Below, in pieces: positions 12,672 to 22,700 of a stretch of 64,000 bases of DNA. Numbering within the stretch: the stretch's first letter is position 1; every line of letters starts with the position of its first letter. The notes below the pieces were generated by a model that was not told the origin of the DNA, ran no database searches, and saw only the letters and a list, made by a program, of their open reading frames with translations. Source of the DNA: Mytilus californianus (lineage: Eukaryota); NCBI RefSeq assembly GCF_021869535.1, contig NW_026262690.1, forward strand, positions 94,550,001 to 94,614,000, written 5' to 3'. The translations under genes and the position numbers were made by a program.

Positions 12672-14315
12672 CAAATACAAAATTTCAATCCAGGTATCTA
12701 TGATGAGTTTATTATTAAGTGATTAACTGTCGTTTGCTTGACGTCCAGTTGCAAATATTTCATACATATTCAGGACGAGTACAAGTTCACAATAAATCCG
12801 GCAGGAATTAATTACAAATGCCACCACAAAAATAGGGACAGAAATTTTGCTTTACAACAGGCCATCTACGAAACCAGCAAAGAGGTGCTGCAAGGTTTTT
12901 TTTAACATTCACAGAACATGGAGATCTTTATACAAGAGGCATCCGTGCAAACGTGGCTGCGTACTTATACATCCTGCAAAGCCACACCCCTCTCTTAAGC
13001 ATTTGTTTACAAATATATGAAAATCCAGTGATTACCATATTTCTATACCATATTCAATATTATGGGTCTCATTTGCTTGGGGCTAATGAATACAAGAAAG
13101 AAAATAAAGACAAACAATAAAACAATCAAAGGGACATAATCAAAACTGATTTAGAATAGTATTTTAACTTATGCCTATACTAAATAAGAGACGTATATTC
13201 TAATACCAGTATGATTATATTGATTAAATTTAATTTATACTAAAATGTTAAACAGGAATTATGAATGGTGTTGTCACGAGAAATGTGGGCTACAACGTCA
13301 CAGAGACTTGCCCTTTTTATCGTTATTATGAAAAATGCATTGATTTTGAGGATTTTCAAGTGTCCTGAAAATGCAAGAAATAGTATTGTCACTGGACGTT
13401 GAGCAAACAACAATTGTAAAGCATGTAATAAGCACATGCTTTTAATATTTCGTTTGATTTCCAGTGTTCCTCCTTTGCAAATGCAAGCTTAATCATTCAC
13501 AACAGTGTCTGTCTATCTCACCAATATCTTACATGGTTCTTGCATATTTTCCCATTCACATTGTTTGTCAAAATTAAGTAAATTTGACAATTTGTAAGCA
13601 AGAAATTCAATTTGTTTCATTTGAATTTTTGAACTAAAAATCTAAGCAAATGTTCACAATGTATGAAATAGAACAGGAACCGCTTACTCTTCCTGATCAC
13701 ATGAGTTTACTCATGGCTTTCGGTTGTGTTCGCTTAACACAATCATTTGGATTGTGTTATGTATGTAGACTCTTTATTTTTGTGTTTCCGTCGTTTTTCT
13801 TTTGGCCATGCATAATGTAATCTTGGTTTTTCTTCGATTTATTGTATTGGTTGACCCCTAGGTATCATCTACTCCTTTTACAGTTATTATATTTATCAAT
13901 ATTTTAAACAGCAAATTCATAGGATCCGGTAATACTTCGATTTAAGGCCTAAAACAGATTTTCAAAGCAAAAACGCACACAAGAAAAGGAAAGAAAAAGT
14001 AAAACAAACAAGAATAATTACTTGTACTCATAATATTGAATATGAGCGATAAAAACATGATAAAGATTAAATATCAAGTCCACCTTTATTAAAAAACTGA
14101 CCGTCTGCTTTATTGGTGTTGATGTTTGTTCATAATTACAATTTACAGTATTTGCACACTTAAGGTAATCTTATGAGTATATATCTACTTTTATTTATAA
14201 TGTAATGCAAACTATGCCACATATGCTAGAATGAGGTATGCAAATTGTTAGTTTTTTTTTACACTTTTACTGGTTTTTTTTGCTTTTGTTTCTTTTCTAA
14301 TAATCTTATTTTACT

Positions 14316-17300
14316 TTATTTAAAGCATTCTGGAGGTGGAATAAAGATATTTGGATCTGTGATTCCAACGTTGATATCATAGAATCTGAAATAAGTGCAT
14401 TTATTCTATTAGACAAAATTTCAAGTTTGTGTGATTCATGTGATTTGATTTTGTAAATGTAAAACGATAAGTTATTAGTACATAATAGCAACTTGTCAAT
14501 AAAGTCGCCGTATTGTAAATCAGTACAATCATGCAGTAAATGTAGTCTAAACGTGCTGCGATCCCTCTACCCTTATTGCTACTGGCCTTTTTATAAAACT
14601 AGTAAACACAAAAAGTGTGGATTTTGTGATGGATTCCATATGGAAAAAGATATGTTTTGTTTTGAATGAACAATCCCCTATCAAACATAGCTTTAAACAA
14701 GGTCAATGTCGTGATGATTTCAAGTGAAATGTGCAATTTTATAATTTTTCACTATCAAATTTAATTTCAATGTTAATTTAATGCTAACCATTTATATCGA
14801 AAATGTTTCAAAGTTACACTTTTTTTCATGATTAAACAATTCCTCACTGTTTTTGAAGTATAATCTAATCAATTGTTAGATGATGGAGGGTTGCCTCCCC
14901 TGACTCACTGTGAGACAAAATTATGTATGAATTAATGTTTATATGTAAAAACCAATTACTATTCTATCAATCTTGTATGGGGAAAGGATTTACATATGCT
15001 GAGCCAATCCATTTGTAAAAACATAATTGATTTAAACAACAAAATCTTTGAATTGAATTGATCAACCAATACGAACATTTAAAATATCATCACTAAGAAC
15101 AGGATAAATAATCATGAAAGTATGTGTTCGAGTACACAATTTGAAAAGACATCATTTGTGTTCAACAAAATACTTACGACATGGTAACTAAACCGGTGTC
15201 GTTGCTAACGAAGTTGGTTTGAACAGGGTAACAGTCAGGTGATGTAACAAAACCAAAGTATCGTGCGCCTTCACGTTGCAAATAACCTGCAAAATTTTCT
15301 ATGGTAATAAATTCTCCGGGTAGACCTGAGACCCCAAGAGTTGCAGATCCTTCAAACTCTGCATCTGGAGGTACTCCGAATGGTCGGAATGGTCTTGTCA
15401 GTTGTGTAACATTACATTGGCGCGTTTTAAAATTTAATCTGTATTCTTTTCCCTGTAAAAATAAATGCATTGTTTTTAAATTGTAAAATTATGACAAGTT
15501 TGTATATGTTTTAGATGAACTTATAAATAATACTGCCGGTTGCTCATTTTCCCCTTGATATCTTCGAGGGTCATCTTCAAGCAGTTATTGGGAATCATTC
15601 TCCAAAATTTTAGAAAAGCTTTCGATCCATACATATGAAATGTTACATAAAATACCTGTTTTTGAATATTGAAAATAGATTTATGAAATTCTATTTGTCA
15701 TATTTGGCACAACTTTTGGGAAATTTTGGTGTTCAATACTCTTCAACTTCGTTCATGGATTGGCCTTCTTATTATTTTGATTCGAGCGCCACTGACGAGT
15801 CTTATGTAGACGAAAAGCGTGTCTGGCGTACCAATATATAAACTTGGTATCTTTGATAACTTGTTTTAACATCGATAAACTACCGTTGCAATGGTATATA
15901 AAAGAAGTAATACAACATCGTAGTATAGTCCCTGTCTCCACTCTTTACTTAAAGTGGTATGCATGAAGAAAAAGAACATATAAAGTGGTAGTCTCTGTCT
16001 TCACCTATTTAATTATAATTTTATGGAGGTATAGAACATCGTAGTAATCTCTGTCTTCACCAATTAGCTTACAATGTTATGTACGAAGAGAACATCGCAG
16101 TAGTCACTGTCTTCACCAATTTACTTACAATGTTATGGAGGTATAAAACATCGTAGTAGTCTCTGTCTTCGCCAATTTACTTACAATGTTATGGAGGTAT
16201 AAAACATCGTAGTAGTCTCTGTCTTCGCCAATTTACTTACAATGTTATGGAGGTATAAAACATCGTAGTAGTCTCTGTCTTCGCCAATTTACTGACAATG
16301 TTATGGAGGTATAAAACATCGTAGTAATCTCTGTCTTCGCCAATTTACTTACAATGTTATGGAGGTATAAAATATTGCAGTAGTCCTTGTCTTCGCCAAT
16401 TTACTTACAATGTTATGGAGGAATAAAACATCGTAGTGTAAATCTGTCTTCACCAATTTACTTACAATGTTATGAAGGTATAAAACATCGTAGTAGTCTT
16501 TGTCCTGACCAATTTCTATTTCTTCTATTATCCTCACTCTCTCGTTGGTTTCATCGTAGCTGACCTTTGATCTTTCTTCAAACATTTTTGACCTGTCATA
16601 CTGTATCAAATTTAGAAAGACAGTTATTAAAATCAGCAGTTGAATTATTTTCTATTATACCTTAAACATAAATCGTAATTATTATAGGAAATCCCCCTTT
16701 TTTGCCAACCGCTTTGATTCGAGCAAAATTTTTGGTCTTATATAGATGAAACACTCGTCTGGCGTACTAAAGTATAAGCCTAGTATCGTTGGTGATTTTT
16801 TTTTAATAAATGTACCGATTGTGAAATTTTGACTGTGTGTGTGTTCGTATGGCGTATAATGTATGCACTGCAGGAAACGCTTACCCTGTCGACGCATCCG
16901 GTTCCATTCTTTTATCAGTTAATATGATTTCCTCAGTTTTTTTGTTTTTACCTTGATTTGTATGTTCTTAATGGATTTATAAGATTTGCACATCGTTAAA
17001 ATTATATTGCCTATTATCTTATATTGTCTTTTCCGACAATATATTTTTTTTGTTCTCTAAAAGTAGGAGTGATATACCAGGCTGATGAACGGTTTTTAAA
17101 ATTTCTATGGCTGTTGTTTCTATTACTTTTTATCTTTAGAATGTTTTTAAAGCTCTCTGAAACCAGATGGTCAGATAGGAAGTTTTACTTTTTTTTATGT
17201 ATAAGAAGTTTGAGCAGGCGCAACACAAATGTGTTTAGTATTTTACTGGTCTACTTACCGCTACACGTCGACCTTCCCATTGTTTTGGGGATTCTGCAAT

Positions 17301-18502
17301 GTGAGAAAACATTTAATAAACAGGCTGTTTTGTAGATAAGTGAAACTACATCAATTGCTATTTCTTACACTACAAATGGTACGATATAAAAAAAAAAGGT
17401 AATTCGAATGCTTTGTCAAACTTTTCACTTTTCAATGTTTTCCATATATTTACAACCTTATACATGTTATACGACATATGCTGAAAGTTCGGGGATTTCA
17501 TGTGAACTATATTGAAACTGCTCAATATTTGGTCTTCATTGATATGTTTTGTGGATTTTCTTTTCTTTTCCATTCAGCAATGATGTTCTATGTCTTTGTT
17601 TATGTTATAAAAAACAGACAAAGCATTGACAATTTTCCTATTATTTATTTATTCATTTGAGACATACTGATAGTTAATTGGCATTTAAGGAAAACGTATT
17701 GCGTCACTTTACTCTTAACTGTTGTAAAGAAAAAACAAGCTCAAGGTCTTATGTACACCTATGTTTGGTTTTGGAATTAAAAGATCTATTCATACCATCA
17801 TATATCGTTGAAAAAATTAAAAACATCAATGCCATCTGGTAAATTTTCTATCTATTAATTTCTGGTAAATGAATTAAATTAACTATAATTTGTAGGGTTA
17901 TGATACCTTAAATGTTTAGTTAATAGGTTCTTGTAATTTTCATCGCGCTGACTTAGAAAGGGATGAATCCTAGTTGAGCTCATTGTGGTTCGGACCCCTC
18001 CCTGTAACCGACAGAATAGTCGTCGGATCTTTACCGATTGTGTCTTATTCGCGATTGTGATATTTTAACAGAGTCGGGACTACGTGGATTGCAAGAGACG
18101 CTTACCCTGTCGACGCTCCCGGTCTAGCTTTTTAGAGTTCATGCGATTCCCTCAGATTTGTTTGTTTTTACATTTGATTTGTATAATGGATTTATGAGAT
18201 TTGAACATCGGTAACATACTGTTGCCTCTAATTTAATACATTTTTATTATTTTTGACTGCCTACTTTTGCAAATCATTAATACTTCACTATCAGTACTGC
18301 TAAGCACGTCAGTTGTGCCTCCTTTACTTAATCACCTTGCAGTGACTTCTATACATGTATTTGTAAGTGTTTGTTTTCATTCTCTGATTTAAGACCCAGT
18401 TTATTTCTAGTAATTACAATAAATGCAATAAAACTTACCACATGGTGGTGGTTCCTGGCCAAATACAACCACAAAACAGCAAATGGCAATGAAGACTTTC
18501 AT
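14316..18502 (-). CDS. EPDR: Ependymin-related protein A, 192 aa; exons 18502-18439, 17293-17259, 16600-16466, 15452-15178, 14385-14316
   Basis: Five GT-AG-bounded exons in consistent phase (64+35+135+275+70=579 nt). Signal peptide MKVFIAICCFVVVFG, then QEPPPC-ESPKQWEGR, SYDETNERVR, QCNVT, TSPDCYP and FIPPPEC. These are typical ependymin motifs with 4 mature Cys. Confidence 0.92.
15730..15856 (+). ncRNA. Retrozyme/PLE-type repeat containing a family 1 hammerhead (15786-15829), antisense in EPDR-A intron 3
   Basis: Stem I GCGCCA/TGGCGT (6 bp), core CTGACGA, stem II GTCT/AGAC, GAAA and GTC are present; the stem III palindrome is mutated to AGCGTG. The flanks are homologous to 31606-31735, and the downstream flank to 16735-16795; both of those copies have lost the core. 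Confidence 0.7.
15905..16510 (-). repeat. 56-bp minisatellite (about 10 units) built from the 3' end of EPDR-A exon 3 plus its splice donor
   Basis: The unit on the minus strand is AAATTGGCGAAGACAGAGACTACTACGATGTTTTATACCTCCATAACATT|GTAAGT. Donor G positions are 16465 (used), 16408, 16352, 16296, 16240, 16184, 16128 and 16072. Confidence 0.9.
16870..17030 (+). mobile_element. 3' tail of Penelope-like family 3
   Basis: GAAACGCTTACCCTGTCGACGC... is homologous to 18085-18235, 26340-26510, 38005-38550, 43905-43975 (minus) and 63670-63760. Confidence 0.6.
17940..18235 (+). mobile_element. 3' tail of Penelope-like family 3 in EPDR-A intron 1
   Basis: GAGACGCTTACCCTGTCGACGCTCCCGGTCT...GAGTTCATGCGATTCCCTCAG...GAGATTTGAACATCGG; multi-copy in this window. 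Confidence 0.6.
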
Positions 18503-18544
18503 GATGGATAGAGTTGACTCAAAACAGGTAAGGGAACTGAGAAT

Positions 18545-18605
18545 TATGTATATATTTCAGGTCTTTCTTATCTGTACACCCTTGACTGATTTTCTACTTA
18601 TCTGG
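18545..18605 (-). promoter_or_regulatory. Putative EPDR-A proximal promoter (two AGATAAG sites and TATATA)
   Basis: Minus-strand AGATAAG at 18603-18597 and 18573-18567; TATATA at 18554-18549, about 50 nt upstream of the ATG. Confidence 0.4.
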
Positions 18606-19035
18606 GTAGAATCCAGAGCAAAATGATGGGTTACTTGTTTGCTTGGTGACAAAAACATTAAAACCCAAATTGAGAAATAATCTTATCGGACAAATTTGTT
18701 CTCCATATAAGTACCTGAGCGGTCAAAACACTGTGATACTCAAGAGATGTACTTAGAGATATGTTTTAAGTTCAATATTTGTGACATTAACTTTAGTACA
18801 AAAGAACTATTAAAATCAAGGTCAAATGTACACCAGTAAAAATGAGTTATTCTTCTTCTGTAGCAAGTCATGACTTGAAATTCTCTTGTTCTCTCCAAAG
18901 CCAGTGTGTTATAATACGTTGTGTAGGTTGTCATTAAATATGCCTTTCAAAATCCTCTCTTTTGGGGACTTTTCTCCCTTTTCAGCATAAATAAAGCATT
19001 AGATTTAATTATTTGATAAATTGCCAAATTAAGGC

Positions 19036-19138
19036 ATTACAGCAAGATACGCTTTGCAGGTCTATCGACTATATCATATACTAGTATTACAGCAAGATAC
19101 GCTTTGCAGGTCTATCGACTATATCATATACTAGTATT
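19036..19138. repeat. Perfect 50-bp direct tandem duplication
   Basis: ATTACAGCAAGATACGCTTTGCAGGTCTATCGACTATATCATATACTAGT occurs at 19036 and 19086. Confidence 0.9.
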
Positions 19139-19754
19139 TAAAATATTTTTTAACGATTTCCAAAAACTCAAAATGCTATTCAGTGCTACAAGTTGCTGCC
19201 GAAGGCATTTTGATACAAATTTTAATTTTTTGTTGGTCAAATGCATCGAAGGACACTAACCAAAAACGAATTAATTTGTATACGAAAGACAATACATAGC
19301 TTTACTAGTACTTCAATTTAACTTTGGATTTGGTTAATGATGTCCTTCTTGTACATTTTTGAAATAAATACTCAAAATTAAGAAGAATATGTCAAAATTG
19401 TAGGCATTTATAATCTGATGATCTCTTTAAAAATATAGTCATATTTCATATGATAAGAACCCCAAAGTAGACACATCGGGCTGTGATACTGTAAGTAAAG
19501 ATTGAAAGACTTTTTAAAAATAGACATGTTGTTAAAAATTTTAATGGGGAATTAGCCTTACATCTTTTTACAACCGAAATAAGAAAATAACAAACATATA
19601 CAAATATGAATACTTTGAAAATCACTTGTACATGCATTTCAACAAAATAATTTCTACACGTTTCTTAGTCGTATGCTGCCAGTGTTATCTGTTTGTTTAT
19701 TTCTAAAAACGAATTACAATTCATTTCGTTTTTAACGTATAAATCAATTAAATT

Positions 19755-22700
19755 CTAAACTGGGCTTATAGAAATGGTAGTAAGACTATATTTAATTGGA
19801 ACTCCAAGTGTCAAATTGATACTTTTCCCCGTCGATTCATCTTCAGTTTTTAAAGTGTTCATAGCCTCCTTTGTTAACGTGATAGACAATGTTGATCTGG
19901 TAAACTGTATGTCCAAACTTCCTCCAAAATAATCGATGCCAATGACATTCATACCAGTGACGGTCAAAGGAAGCGCACCATTTACTGTCAATTTATCATC
20001 ATATACCCTGAGTCCACCATATCCAAAGAGGACAGATTGAAGATAACCACCCATTCCAGTGATGAAATTGTGTGCACCAGGCCCTTGTGAATTTTCTGAC
20101 CACGTCTTTAAAAAATAAAAAAGCAAGGATATAGATTTTGAAAATAAGTAAAAATATGATTTCAATATGTAAAATGATATAAAAGACAAGTTACCATGCA
20201 AAACGGGGTATCAAAATAACGATAAATATATAGAAACAGCCCATATGAAATAAACCACTGTTGTTCTGTTATTTCTGTAAATAAGTTTATCCTTCTTGCA
20301 TGCGAAAATAAAATGTGTACATGGAATTAAAAAAAGTATATTTCTCAAAATAAATAACAAGGTAAATTGAAGGAAAGGCAAAAATAACGGCAAAATGAAA
20401 TAAAAAAAATATGCAAAAACTATACAAGACACAAAAAATTTGCTAATTTGAAGAACAAAAAAGGGATGGAACGAATTCAGGTGTTCGGAAGAATAAGCAC
20501 TTCTTACTCCATGATTTATCTTGTTGAAAGCCTGTACCTGTGATTACATTTTTGACCTTGATATTTTTTTCTTCCAAAACTGATCCCATATTTTTTTTTT
20601 TTTTTAATTTATTTCCTTTTTGACTGGTAGTTTTTTCTTCCAAAATTAGATCTACTTCTACTGATTAATCAGCCCTTGAACTATTTATACCTTCTTTGCT
20701 TCCACTATCGTTACACTTACATAGAATGGTTCTCTGACATTGTCAAATTGTCTAGCAAATAAGGTATTTGCCTTGTCTAACTGATTAAGTTCCAGCCATC
20801 CGATAGCAAACATACCCCAAGTCATTGCTGGTCCTCCAGGTGTAACCTTGACAGATAAAATTGTTTGTCTACTGAGTACACACACTATTATTTATGACAT
20901 TATGATAATCTACTTCTTATAATAAAATGGTTGAGGATGAAAATATGTCAGTGAAAGGGCCTTTTTAATAAAATAAAACTTTACGTCTAAAATTTGAAAA
21001 TAAAACATATCGAAGAACTATATAATTAAAAAGATACGCTGACAAGAACATTACTTATGAGTAAACTTGTGCAGTTTGTGCCTCCATTAATCAGAAGTAC
21101 ATATAGCATACAATGGCACTGCGGAAAGAAAACTGGTTAACCATTTAGTTCGCTACACCTCTATGTAATCACAGATGTTTGCTAAATACTTTCATATTTC
21201 ATATCATTAAATCTAAAGATAATTAATTAATTTTGAAGTCAGTTCACTACCGGACTCTTTAGATGGTTGAAGATACAAATATGATAGCATTTTAAGGATA
21301 GGTTATTATCCCATTGTATTCTATTTTTGAAAATACTACTGAATTATGTATGTTTAAACTAAGAGGCCAGAAGTTACGTAATTAGAAATGCAAGTAATTA
21401 AGTTCACATTAAAGTTTATGTTTTTACCCTTTCGTATTGGAGAAGATCGTTCCTTCGTACTTCTTTTGATATATTCATCATTAAAGGGAAGCCAAGTAAT
21501 ATGACATCTGCTTGTTTCACAATTACATCTACAAATAACAACAATTAAAAATGCGAAGAAAAAGAAGAAGAAGAAGAATTACTATTCGCTATGATAAATG
21601 AAAATTAAAATAAATAAAAAAATCTTGAAATTTGATAAATTAGAAGTGTTGGAAAAGTGTATAGCTGGAAAGTTATGTGAAAACTAGCCATTTGATCAAG
21701 CATGCAAGAAATGGAGATATTGACATAAAAAAAGAAGAAAAAGGGACAATTGCTACGACTTAAAAATATTCTCAGCTTCAAAACGTTTGATTACCATACT
21801 ACGCTTTACTATTTGATTACCTTACTAAACTTTTACTCAAAAAGGATACCTTCTGAATAACTGTCATATTCTGGGTGCCACTGTCCTGACTTGTTGAATG
21901 GTATGAACATATTGTCAGCAATATTTTGATAGCTTGTCATTGGTTGTGTAGATTGGATTTTGTATGGCGCCTCTAAACTGATTTTAGCAACATAGTTTGT
22001 GTATGCAGAATCATTAACAGGCCAGTGATACTCATCTGGTGGCATCACACCTAAAAAATAAGAACAAATGGGAAACTCGCGCAACAATTTCTTCATGCAT
22101 AACTCATTAGTTTTCTGTTGACCAAACATTTGAGACTCCAAAAAAGATATTTCATGCACTTCTCGCATTATTTCGAAAAAAAATTATAGCGAAAGGAAAT
22201 ATTTAAAAAGGTGTGATTTTTCAACGAAGTTATACTAGTTGGATTCATTGTTTGAGAAAACATTTTTTTCACAGCAAATAATCTTGTCTTAGAGGGAAGG
22301 GGGGATAAATCTTACTGTGTAAAAAATCACTCTGATTCACCAAAAAACTCTGAAATTGACATAATCAAGATGCTTGATTTCTTGATTGACAACATATTTG
22401 TTACATTTGGAGGACGTGTTTTTTCAACAAACAATCGGCATTCCCATGGGAACAAACTGTGCCCCTCTTCTTGCCGCATTGTTCCTTTATTCATATGAGG
22501 CTGACTTCATACAGGAACTTCTTAGGAAGAAAGAAAAGAAGTTAGCAGTATCCTTTTAACTTTACTTTCCGCTATATAGATGATCTTCTCTCACTAAATA
22601 ATTCAAAATTTGGTGACTATGTTGAACGCATCTATCCCATCGAACTTCAGATAAAGGATACAACAGATACAGTTAAGTCTGCCTCATATCTTGACTTACA

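Noticed and set aside
16735-16795. Hammerheads at 16735-16795 and 31660-31735
   Set aside because: Family 1 homologues that have lost CTGATGA; counted as inactive repeat remnants.
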